A stretch of DNA of 64,000 nucleotides, from the IMG/VR virus record IMGVR_UViG_3300025870_000004, positions 28,687 through 92,686 of that record; one strand, given 5' to 3'. Made by a program: the position numbers and the translations under genes. Below the pieces are notes generated by a model, which ran no database searches, was not told where the DNA came from, and was given only the letters and a program-made list of their open reading frames with translations. This DNA is from a virus. Lineage: Duplodnaviria > Caudoviricetes. This document shows positions 9,058-17,075 of this stretch, one piece after another (position 1 is the stretch's first letter; each line of letters opens with the position of its first letter).

Positions 9058-10658
9058 TGGCAGAAGCAACAATAACAGACCTAATCCTCACGATTCGTGA
9101 AGAGAATGAAAAGGGTAGAGATGAGACGAAGAAGAATACGTCTCAGATTATTACTCTGAACAAAACATTCTCAGATTACTTCACTATGTTGAAACGTCAA
9201 GCGTTGGATGTAGAAGAATCAAGACGGGATGCTGATAAAGGTATGTCAACTGGTGGAACTGTTGCGGCAAAAACACCTAAATCCGATTCATCTGGTGGGG
9301 GATTTCTTGGTATGGTCGCCGCTATTCTTGCAGCGGGTGGCGCACTTGTATTTGGTTTTGTTGAAGGTTTTGTTAATGCAACAAAAGATATAATCAAACT
9401 CATACGAATCATATTCAAACCAATTACAAAACCAATCGTTGCAGCGGTTCGTCTATTAATGGGCGCATATGCAAAGGGGATAAAAGCTTTAATTAACATT
9501 ACCAGATTGGGTATGTTCAAAGCTTTTGGTTTGGGTGTTGATGGTAAACCCGTTGTTGCAACAAGTAAATTTATGAAAGGACTCCTAAAAACACCTAGTG
9601 TTATTGGACAAGCGTTAAATGGTCTTGGACGTGCTTTTTCATTTCTTGGTCGTGAAGCTTCAAAACCATTTAAGATGTTATTCTTTGCTACACAAGCAAC
9701 AGGTAAACTTATTTCAAATGTTTTATTTAGACTTAGATTTCTATTCAGTAAACTGACTGCTCCACTCAGAGGTATATTCACTAGCACAAATCAATTCATC
9801 AAAGATATAAAAGAGTTGGGCACAAGATTCGGAGCAGTCTTCAAAACAGCTCGGGATGGAACAAAATCCGCTGGGGTGATAGGTCAGTTTTTCTCTGGTA
9901 TCGGTCAAACATTTAAGACTATTGTCAGCGCGGTCAAACCATTACTAGGTGTTTTCCGTCTCATTGGTCGAGTAGTATTCTTTCCACTAACTATTATCAT
10001 GGGTATTTTTGACGGTATCAAGGGTGCAATGGCCGGAGCGCAAGAAGAAGGGATATTAGGTGGCATTCTTGGTGCAGTAGGTGGTATCTTTGGTGGACTG
10101 ATTGGTATGCCTCTTGACCTATTGAAATCCGCAGTGGCGTGGATTGCTGGTAAAATGGGATTTGAGAATGTAGAAGAAACATTGAAATCATTTTCGTTCA
10201 AAGATATGTTCTTGAATCTGTTTATCGGTATCGCTGGTATGATTAATACCTTCGTTGATAATATCACATCATCGTTTCAAGATGGCATCGGTTCGGGTTT
10301 GTCTATGGTTTTAACATATTTGAAGAGAATGCTTTTATTCCCTGCGGCTGTCGCCGCTGGTGGCGTTGCGGCATTAGCGGCCGCATTGCCAGGCGGTAAA
10401 TCTCCGTCTGAAGCATTTTCAGATGCATTTAATGCCACCTTCAAACTTGGCGAAGGTAGTGTTCTTCCATCACCATCATCTAACACATCGGGTAGTGAAA
10501 TCAGTTCTCAAGTAAATGATAATGCATCGACACGAAATGGTTTCCTTGCTGGACAGTCATCAACACAAGTCATAGACACGAGTCAACAGAACAATGTCAA
10601 CATAACTCAGACTCAAGATGTTGCTGCAACCGACGATACCGACAAGAAGCCTAATTAA
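9057..10658 (+). CDS. Probable tape-measure / gp29-like protein
   Basis: 533 aa; Gly/Ala/Phe-rich amphipathic helices with hydrophobic stretches; follows gp26/gp51. Confidence 0.6.
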   Translation: MAEATITDLILTIREENEKGRDETKKNTSQIITLNKTFSDYFTMLKRQALDVEESRRDADKGMSTGGTVAAKTPKSDSSGGGFLGMVAAILAAGGALVFGFVEGFVNATKDIIKLIRIIFKPITKPIVAAVRLLMGAYAKGIKALINITRLGMFKAFGLGVDGKPVVATSKFMKGLLKTPSVIGQALNGLGRAFSFLGREASKPFKMLFFATQATGKLISNVLFRLRFLFSKLTAPLRGIFTSTNQFIKDIKELGTRFGAVFKTARDGTKSAGVIGQFFSGIGQTFKTIVSAVKPLLGVFRLIGRVVFFPLTIIMGIFDGIKGAMAGAQEEGILGGILGAVGGIFGGLIGMPLDLLKSAVAWIAGKMGFENVEETLKSFSFKDMFLNLFIGIAGMINTFVDNITSSFQDGIGSGLSMVLTYLKRMLLFPAAVAAGGVAALAAALPGGKSPSEAFSDAFNATFKLGEGSVLPSPSSNTSGSEISSQVNDNASTRNGFLAGQSSTQVIDTSQQNNVNITQTQDVAATDDTDKKPN

Positions 10659-10683
10659 AAAAGGGTGACCGAAGCCACCCTTT
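10657..10683 (-). terminator. Rho-independent terminator with a C(UUCG)G tetraloop after gp32
   Basis: Minus strand AAAGGGTGGC-TTCG-GTCACCCTTTTTT, located between convergent genes. Confidence 0.9.
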
Positions 10684-10708
10684 CTCATCATCCATAGGAG
10701 AATGAATC

Positions 10709-11629
10709 CTAGTCTTCCGCAGCGAGTTTCGCGAAGTAAGACAGTGTGTCATCATCGTCATCGGTTGATGCAATGACAGGTTCAGGCGCAGACTGAATGA
10801 CTTGCGGTTCTGTTGCTTTTGGTTCAACAGTCTCGGCAGTCTGTGTCAGTGCTTCGTTCTTGACAGTTGAACCACCACCTGTTGCTTGACCCAGAACAGT
10901 TTCGAGACGTGCTTTCAACTCATCATAGGTTTTGTAACTTGATGCATCGGTGAACTCAGTGACCTCGTGCAACTGATTGTAAGTTGCTTCGAGTTTTGTC
11001 TCATCAGCATCGAACAATGATGTCTGTGCTTTGAACTCTGACTTGTCATAGTTACGATATCCTGCAACGTTACGAATCTTCAGTTGGAAGTTCGCACCAG
11101 CCCAGAAGTCAAACGGATTGATTGGTGTTTCGCCAGGAAACTCTGGTTGCATCTTGTCCATAACCTTATCAAAGATTTTCTTACCATAGTCATACAGGAA
11201 TACCTTACCCTCATTCTGAGGATTGGCAGGGTCACTGATAACAATGATGTTAGAGACGTGATGCAGACGGCGTTTCTGTTTACGCGCAGTTTCTTTGTCT
11301 TCCTCGATACCAGAGTTCCAAAGGCGTGAGTTGTATTCACTCACAGGGTCATTGTTACCCAGAGTAGTCAGAGACTTCTCAACATACCATTGACCAGTCG
11401 GGCCTTTGAAGAAGTGGTCGAAGTAACGAACCCACGGGAGTTCCTGACCTTCGACAGCAGGAAGAAAACGAATCTCTGCGTATCCGTTACCAGCGTCATC
11501 GACAGTTGGTTTCCAGAAACGTAGGTCTTCATATTTGTTTTTGGTTTGTTTTGTGCCAGACATTTCTTGGGCAGCAGATGCCAGTTTAGAAATATCAGGA
11601 CGATTAGATTTTAGATTTGCAAAAGACAT
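10709..11629 (-). CDS. gp32: Single-stranded DNA-binding protein gp32
   Basis: DLRFWKPTVDDAGNGYAEIRFLP...YGKKIFDK...YRNYDKSEF; acidic tail DDDDDTLSYFAKLAAED. Confidence 0.97.
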   Translation of the reverse strand: MSFANLKSNRPDISKLASAAQEMSGTKQTKNKYEDLRFWKPTVDDAGNGYAEIRFLPAVEGQELPWVRYFDHFFKGPTGQWYVEKSLTTLGNNDPVSEYNSRLWNSGIEEDKETARKQKRRLHHVSNIIVISDPANPQNEGKVFLYDYGKKIFDKVMDKMQPEFPGETPINPFDFWAGANFQLKIRNVAGYRNYDKSEFKAQTSLFDADETKLEATYNQLHEVTEFTDASSYKTYDELKARLETVLGQATGGGSTVKNEALTQTAETVEPKATEPQVIQSAPEPVIASTDDDDDTLSYFAKLAAED

Positions 11630-11667
11630 ATTTGTATTCTCCGTATATTTGCGTATTATGTGTATTC

Positions 11668-11696
11668 ATTGTATCATAATATAGTGTATTTGTCAA
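11668..11696 (-). promoter_or_regulatory. sigma70-type promoter for gp32
   Basis: TTGACA-17 nt-TACAAT. Confidence 0.8.
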
Positions 11697-11705
11697 TACA
11701 TTTAT

Positions 11706-11981
11706 TTATTCGGATAAGGATTTTGAGTTACCCTTATCCAGATAATTGAGTTTCATTGCTTCCATCTCAATTCTCTGCTTAATTGATGTGGAGAGATATT
11801 TCTTCACATCTTCAACCTCTATCGTATTTTCTAGACAGAGGTGAATTACAGCGTCCATATAGGACAGACTGTCTTGTTTAACGGTGTCCTCAATCATACG
11901 AGAGAACTTCTTCTTACTTAGAAAGTTTGCCTCCTCGTTTGAGTCAGAGTCAACACCACCAATAATTAAATCAACCTTCAA
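11706..11981 (-). CDS. gp33: Late transcription coactivator gp33
   Basis: KFSRMIE...SYMDAVIHLC...IEVE.V.KY.S.SIKQRIE.EA.KLNYL. Confidence 0.9.
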   Translation of the reverse strand: MKVDLIIGGVDSDSNEEANFLSKKKFSRMIEDTVKQDSLSYMDAVIHLCLENTIEVEDVKKYLSTSIKQRIEMEAMKLNYLDKGNSKSLSE

Positions 11982-12426
11982 GTTCTTCTTTCAACTCCTT
12001 AGACCACATACCAACATCATCATACCAGACACCGATTGTGCGTTTCACTTCACCGTATTCATCATAAGCTTTCGCAAGACAACGATATTTAATTTTACTC
12101 TCACGGTCTTCTCCATAACGAAAGTCTAACCAGACACCAGTGGTAAGGTATTTTTTCATATTATAGATGTAGACTTCAAGGTCTTTGTATTGGGCTCTCT
12201 CAGTATACTTAATAGATTTCTTGAGATGCCTAATACCTTTTAGTTCCAACTCACAGGACTTAATCCATTGCTTCACTTTCTTCCAATGAAGGTAATAGTC
12301 TTCAGGAAGGTCACGAATAGTCTCGTGAACTCCCATCCGACCATCATGGCCACGTGCTTCCCGTGCTTTTGCAAGACGTTCAGACGCAGCCTTCTTCTGT
12401 TCCGCAGTGAGTTTTCTCTTTGCCAT
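11971..12426 (-). CDS. Hypothetical protein of T4-like phages
   Basis: ASERLAKAR N-terminus, YIYNMKKYL..G.WLD..YGE; coupled to gp33. Confidence 0.6.
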   Translation of the reverse strand: MAKRKLTAEQKKAASERLAKAREARGHDGRMGVHETIRDLPEDYYLHWKKVKQWIKSCELELKGIRHLKKSIKYTERAQYKDLEVYIYNMKKYLTTGVWLDFRYGEDRESKIKYRCLAKAYDEYGEVKRTIGVWYDDVGMWSKELKEELEG

Positions 12427-12429
12427 ACA

Positions 12430-12696
12430 CTATATAGTGTCGAAAGTTTGCAAAGTATTTACACGGAAAGAACGCCACCCTTCTACATCAAGGTCATAGA
12501 CACGAACAGTTTCTTTCTTTTCATTAGCAACAACCTGAGTAGGTTTATGTTCATCAGGGATAAACTTCTCATTCAGTGTTGCTCGCATGTTGCGAACTTG
12601 GCCATCTTTCACTTTGATGAAAGACAGACGCACAATATTTTGTTGTAGTGTATCCATCACACTATCATATGTAAAATCAATTCCAGTCATTGTCAT
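12430..12696 (-). CDS. WYL_2/Sm-like SH3-fold protein (DUF2693-like)
   Basis: V..SF.K..DG..R.M.ATL...VYDLD..GWRSFR. Confidence 0.75.
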   Translation of the reverse strand: MTMTGIDFTYDSVMDTLQQNIVRLSFIKVKDGQVRNMRATLNEKFIPDEHKPTQVVANEKKETVRVYDLDVEGWRSFRVNTLQTFDTI

Positions 12697-12834
12697 ATCC
12701 TACTGTGTCTTGATAAGAGTTGGTAACACCAATCTCATCGAAATAATCTTTTGTGTCGTTCCAATACAGAACGTCACGGTTATCATAGTCACCTTCGAAC
12801 AGGTCTTCAGCAACTTTCTTCTTTGGGTGGTTCA

Positions 12835-13059
12835 TCATTCATCATTCTCCAATTCTGTAGGTGTCCAGATTTTATTGTTTACATCAAAATCGAAAGACCA
12901 ATCCATAAACTGTTGATATCTCATCCAAAAGAAATACGAAATATTTTCAGTCGGTGGCCAATTTGATAATGACCAATCTGATAACTTATACATAAAGTCG
13001 CCAATGTAATAACAGATATAAGCCAACATTGTTTTCATTATGCACACTCCTTCCACCAA
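12835..13059 (-). CDS. Small hypothetical protein
   Basis: ORF fits the operon spacing. Confidence 0.4.
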   Translation of the reverse strand: MVEGVCIMKTMLAYICYYIGDFMYKLSDWSLSNWPPTENISYFFWMRYQQFMDWSFDFDVNNKIWTPTELENDE

Positions 13060-13577
13060 TCAGGTTCATCACGGTTTGTCCATTTAGCAAATGAACGTTT
13101 CTCATTCAAGTAGTAGAAGCGATATGCATCTACTGGGTCTTCGCGTTTGCAATAGTCAGGCATTGCTTGAGCGAATTTCGTCAATCCCACTTTGGGGATG
13201 TTCTTTGGTATGTTTAGTAGTATATCAGATAAACGAGTGTCTGTCAAGTGAAATTTACCATACCGATGAGTATATTCTTTACACGCACTACGAAAGTGAC
13301 GATACAACCAGAAGTAGTTATCATCAGACTCACGCAACCAGATGTTACTTGGATGATTGACATGAGATGCCTTGTAGAGTTGATTGTCAAGTGTTGGATG
13401 TTTCCAACGAGCAATCTTACGACCATTCGCAGTCTTACCATAATAGTGTTCACCATCAAGCACACGGTGTGCGGTTGACATTAGTTGAGCATACTCGACA
13501 ATCATTTTGACAACATGTTTGTCAAGCATCATCTGGGCTGCCTTGATAGGGTCATTGTCTAGGTGAAAGATATTCAT
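13038..13577 (-). CDS. Pyrimidine-dimer DNA glycosylase-like protein (DenV/Pyr_excise-related)
   Basis: MNIFHLD.DP..AAQ...DKHVVKM..E.AQLMSTAH...HPS.IW.RES...EY..RYGK.H...QAMPD. Confidence 0.75.
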   Translation of the reverse strand: MNIFHLDNDPIKAAQMMLDKHVVKMIVEYAQLMSTAHRVLDGEHYYGKTANGRKIARWKHPTLDNQLYKASHVNHPSNIWLRESDDNYFWLYRHFRSACKEYTHRYGKFHLTDTRLSDILLNIPKNIPKVGLTKFAQAMPDYCKREDPVDAYRFYYLNEKRSFAKWTNRDEPDWWKECA

Positions 13578-13717
13578 TTCGATAAACACCCCACGATTTG
13601 TTTGACTGTGTTGACTTCACTGAGATACTCATAGGCATTCGCACAGTGATTATAACTGGTGAACTCCACGACTTCGACACTACCTGTCATCGTAAATAAA
13701 ACTAGAAAATACATCAT
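13574..13717 (-). CDS. 47-aa hypothetical protein absent from the ORF track
   Basis: MMYFLVLFTMTG...CLSK*, with ATGA overlaps at both ends. Confidence 0.5.
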   Translation of the reverse strand: MMYFLVLFTMTGSVEVVEFTSYNHCANAYEYLSEVNTVKQIVGCLSK

Positions 13718-13950
13718 GCCAAATTCTCAATCTCTTTTAATACATCAGCAACTTCTTGAAAGGTCAAATGACCAATCACATCATCAGCGATAGTTGTATT
13801 GTAACACAAGTTTCCATTAATGTCAAGCACCGCGACTTCGAAAAGTCCATCGGTGTTGCCATACGAACTCTGATTACAAATCACAGATGCACCATACCCA
13901 TTATCAAAAGTATATGTATTCTGATACTGATTACGTTTCCTTATCGACAC
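13714..13950 (-). CDS. Hypothetical phage protein; start codon uncertain
   Basis: F.NGYGASVI....SYG...GLFEVAVL motif. Confidence 0.6.
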   Translation of the reverse strand: MSIRKRNQYQNTYTFDNGYGASVICNQSSYGNTDGLFEVAVLDINGNLCYNTTIADDVIGHLTFQEVADVLKEIENLA

Positions 13951-13960
13951 ATGACTTACA

Positions 13961-14209
13961 TTACGCTCCGACTGCATTGTAGTAACCCTCCGCTTTGACA
14001 CGAAACTTCGCTTCATTCATAATCTGTTCTTTGACGAACAACTCTGAGCCTGTGAACCACGCACACGCATCCTGCATGTCGTTGAACTCAGCAATCGGAA
14101 TGACCGTATCAATCGGGTCTTTCCAGTTGTCCATGCCTTCTGTGAGAGTGTCAAACTTCTCACGGAGAACATCGATACGTTCATCAGTAGCAAATGTCAA
14201 TAACGCCAT
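13961..14209 (-). CDS. Hypothetical early protein
   Basis: NWKDPI...A..WFTG...A.GYY..VGA. Confidence 0.55.
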   Translation of the reverse strand: MALLTFATDERIDVLREKFDTLTEGMDNWKDPIDTVIPIAEFNDMQDACAWFTGSELFVKEQIMNEAKFRVKAEGYYNAVGA

Positions 14210-14415
14210 TACAGAACCTCCACAACCATTTTGATAAAGTCTTCTAGGGGCATATGAACTTCCCAGTCTTTTAGACCCTCAACCGTAACATAGTCACGGC
14301 GGTCACTGCCAGTGCCAGGCCCATCAAGGACACCAGTGAGTGTGACAGTCTTCTCAACCGAACCCGCAACAGGCTCCCATGCATTCACAACAATTTGTTT
14401 ACCAATCAATTCCAT
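14209..14415 (-). CDS. Hypothetical early protein
   Basis: Preceded by an AAGGA ribosome-binding site and a sigma70 promoter. Confidence 0.55.
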   Translation of the reverse strand: MELIGKQIVVNAWEPVAGSVEKTVTLTGVLDGPGTGSDRRDYVTVEGLKDWEVHMPLEDFIKMVVEVL

Positions 14416-14442
14416 AATCTTTTATCCTTTCGACTATACTTG

Positions 14443-14471
14443 ATTATTACATATCTCGCGGAATTTGTCAA
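14443..14471 (-). promoter_or_regulatory. sigma70-type early promoter
   Basis: TTGACA-16/17 nt-(T)AATAAT. Confidence 0.7.
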
Positions 14472-14474
14472 GCA

Positions 14475-14729
14475 TTATTTGTCCCACTTAGAGAAGTCCC
14501 ACCTGCCATCGAATGGTAAGTTCAATCCCCATTGACCCCTCTTATTGTATTTGTAGTTAGAAATATGCATCTTCAAAATGTTAGCCTTCTCCCAGTCTTT
14601 ATTCTTCCGTGCCACTCTCAGTTCTTCATTCAGATTCTTCCAGATACGCTTATTCGCTGCTTTACGCTCCGCCTCTAAACTCTTGAGATGGTCTCTGTGT
14701 TGCTTCCATTCGTGCCATATATACATCAT
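14475..14729 (-). CDS. Hypothetical basic early protein
   Basis: GAGAGG ribosome-binding site and its own promoter. Confidence 0.55.
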   Translation of the reverse strand: MMYIWHEWKQHRDHLKSLEAERKAANKRIWKNLNEELRVARKNKDWEKANILKMHISNYKYNKRGQWGLNLPFDGRWDFSKWDK

Positions 14730-14754
14730 AATGTATTCCTCTCATCTATAACTT

Positions 14755-14783
14755 AATATAACCTATTCCATCGAATAAGTCAA
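14755..14783 (-). promoter_or_regulatory. sigma70-type early promoter
   Basis: TTGACT-17-TATATT; the -35 box contains the upstream TGA stop. Confidence 0.7.
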
Positions 14784-15043
14784 GCATTATTTAGAATTTC
14801 ACCGACAATCTCACGGTCAATGTTATTACCACCACCCCACCGATGCGTTCCATCTTCATAGAAGAAACGCTCATCGTTGCCTTGCAATTGCAAGCCACGC
14901 TGAGGTTGACTCTCATCGTCACCTTGCAAGTAGGTCAACATCGCACCCCAAATCTGGTCACGAGTTGCATGGTCACCGAAAGAACTCTCACAGAAGTTAA
15001 CGAAGGCAACTTGCTCGTGAAGGCTAATAATTTGTGCAGTCAT
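14780..15043 (-). CDS. Hypothetical early protein, paralogue of 38371..38625
   Basis: FVNFC..ATRDQI..WGGGNNIDREIVG. Confidence 0.6.
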   Translation of the reverse strand: MTAQIISLHEQVAFVNFCESSFGDHATRDQIWGAMLTYLQGDDESQPQRGLQLQGNDERFFYEDGTHRWGGGNNIDREIVGEILNNA

Positions 15044-15072
15044 AATGTATTCCTCTCTCAATCTCTATATAC

Positions 15073-15101
15073 ATAATACGACAAAAAACATCTTTTGTCA
15101 A
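15073..15101 (-). promoter_or_regulatory. sigma70-type early promoter
   Basis: TTGACA-17-TATTAT. Confidence 0.8.
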
Positions 15102-15113
15102 GCGTTTTTTTCA

Positions 15114-15121
15114 TATAAATA
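15114..15121 (+). promoter_or_regulatory. T4-type late promoter TATAAATA
   Basis: Exact match upstream of an AGGAG ribosome-binding site and the ATG at 15140. Confidence 0.8.
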
Positions 15122-15139
15122 GAAGAAAAGGAGACTGAC

Positions 15140-15409
15140 ATGTCTGACGAACTATTTGATTTTGGGTTTACCCTAGTAGATGAGAATGAACTGGAAGCAG
15201 TCCAGACTGCCACCGCACAGGTCGCATCGGTGTCCTCTAACGTGGAAGAGACCCAAGAGAAACTCAATAAACTCTATAATGCAATCCAACCGTTGTTGAA
15301 CAACCTGAAGTTGAATCCTGAAAAGGAATACATCCTATGGCCTAATCGCACGGAGAAGATTGAACAGTTCGAAGACCATATTCAATCAATCTATCAAGGC
15401 GATAAGTAA
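15140..15409 (+). CDS. Hypothetical coiled-coil protein (late)
   Basis: FDFGFT.VDE.EL...PLL.NL..NPEKEYI.WPNR. Confidence 0.7.
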   Translation: MSDELFDFGFTLVDENELEAVQTATAQVASVSSNVEETQEKLNKLYNAIQPLLNNLKLNPEKEYILWPNRTEKIEQFEDHIQSIYQGDK

Positions 15410-16218
15410 TGTTTCTTTATAGAACACAACCGAAATCAACTAGTGAATATAACATCATTAATCTGAAAAGAAAACAAGAAATGATGCATGAACTTCTGAT
15501 AGCATCGCGTTATAAATCAAATCATCGTCAGAGAAAAAGAAATGATTTTATAACTTTGTTAACTGATGGGTGTTTGTTAGATGGTATGTTGACACTTGCT
15601 GGTTATGACAATATTCTTGTTGTCACATCGTTTGAGGACAGGAACTATGACCGATTGAGAGATAGAACTCAGAGACCAGTCAATAGTGCAGGCGACCATA
15701 TGTTCCCTATTGTCAATAGTATGAACGGTTCTCATGGTAACATATATGCTACCTCAGTGCCTAATGGTGATAGTTTCTTTACTCACCTATATGGCCACTA
15801 TAACATCAACATGGTTGATTGTGACAGTTATTTCAAAGTCGATAATGATTTCAAATTGAGAAATGTGAGTGTGAAGTTTGACGCTGTGGTTTTGTTGGGA
15901 TGTGAGTCGATAAAGAAAGGTAATTTCCGTGCAAGTGATGTGAAGGCAAAGTTTGCGAAATACTGTATAGAAGACTTTGATATGATTGATGTGTATCGTG
16001 GTGACCGCAGAAAACTTACAGGTGGAACAAAGTCTATCACTGACACGAAGAAAAAAATGATTGAATGTGTCAACACTCCAATACGAGTTTATGATGAGAA
16101 AACTAGACTCAATGTAACAAAAGATGATGCAAATTGGCAGAGAACAAGACCGTGGTTACAATACATGAGATTGGCAATGAATATTGAGTCGCTGCAAAAC
16201 TACTACAAGGTTTATTAA
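15409..16218 (+). CDS. Hypothetical protein, basic paralogue of 16221..17075
   Basis: Shares FDAVxLLG and other blocks with the next ORF. Confidence 0.65.
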   Translation: MFLYRTQPKSTSEYNIINLKRKQEMMHELLIASRYKSNHRQRKRNDFITLLTDGCLLDGMLTLAGYDNILVVTSFEDRNYDRLRDRTQRPVNSAGDHMFPIVNSMNGSHGNIYATSVPNGDSFFTHLYGHYNINMVDCDSYFKVDNDFKLRNVSVKFDAVVLLGCESIKKGNFRASDVKAKFAKYCIEDFDMIDVYRGDRRKLTGGTKSITDTKKKMIECVNTPIRVYDEKTRLNVTKDDANWQRTRPWLQYMRLAMNIESLQNYYKVY

Positions 16219-16220
16219 TT

Positions 16221-17075
16221 ATGATGATTTGTAAAACATCAAATGACAATATATTCAATTCTTTATTTGTGTCTGAAAGACTACAGACTGAGTTCCACTC
16301 TGAATTATCAAGCCACTTGAACGACTACTTGACAACAGTTGATTCCGATAACAATATGAATTCAATGTCAAATGAATGGACAGAATATTGGAAGACATTA
16401 CTCATCTCTGCCAATATAAGAAATACTTTAATGGTTTATAAAAAGTATCAAAATATTCTTATAGTCCCTACTTTTAGGGATGATAAACACGAATCAATTT
16501 TAACAACGGACAACACGGTAGTTCCCAATATTGCTTCACATCTATATCCAATCATTAACAAAAAGTATGATACTAGAACAAACCTTCACGTTGCATTTCC
16601 TACAGGACACAATAGTTTTATAAAGTTTCTCATGGAAGAATATGATGTAGATATCATTGAGTCTAACAAAAACTTTACTTTTGGTGATAATGATTATAGT
16701 ATTACAACTGATATGAATGGTGTTGAGTTTGATGCTGTTCTTCTGTTAGGTGTCGATGAACCAGAATCACCTGTGGATATCAGTGAAGTGAAAAATATTT
16801 TCCAATCTTTATGTGTAGAAAACTTTGATGTTATAGATGATTTCGTTAGACAATCTGTAACGGCGTCTTTCTATAATCCAGATATTGATAATAATGATGT
16901 GAACTATCATTATGATGATAGAGTAGTTGGAGACACAGAAGATTTGTCGGACATCTCTTCGTTTTTGGGAACTGCGTATGCGACATTTGACGAAAAAGAC
17001 TATGATGACAAATCTCGTCAATTATCTAAATACATGATAGATGTTATATCGAAAGGATATCGAATCTATGCTTAG
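16221..17075 (+). CDS. Hypothetical protein, acidic paralogue of 15409..16218
   Basis: Shares FDAVxLLG and other blocks with the previous ORF. Confidence 0.65.
   Translation: MMICKTSNDNIFNSLFVSERLQTEFHSELSSHLNDYLTTVDSDNNMNSMSNEWTEYWKTLLISANIRNTLMVYKKYQNILIVPTFRDDKHESILTTDNTVVPNIASHLYPIINKKYDTRTNLHVAFPTGHNSFIKFLMEEYDVDIIESNKNFTFGDNDYSITTDMNGVEFDAVLLLGVDEPESPVDISEVKNIFQSLCVENFDVIDDFVRQSVTASFYNPDIDNNDVNYHYDDRVVGDTEDLSDISSFLGTAYATFDEKDYDDKSRQLSKYMIDVISKGYRIYA

Noticed and set aside
12427-12440. NrdR box
   Set aside because: It resembles the consensus but is 14 bp rather than 16 bp and is not upstream of the nrd genes. It is kept only as an unexplained palindrome.
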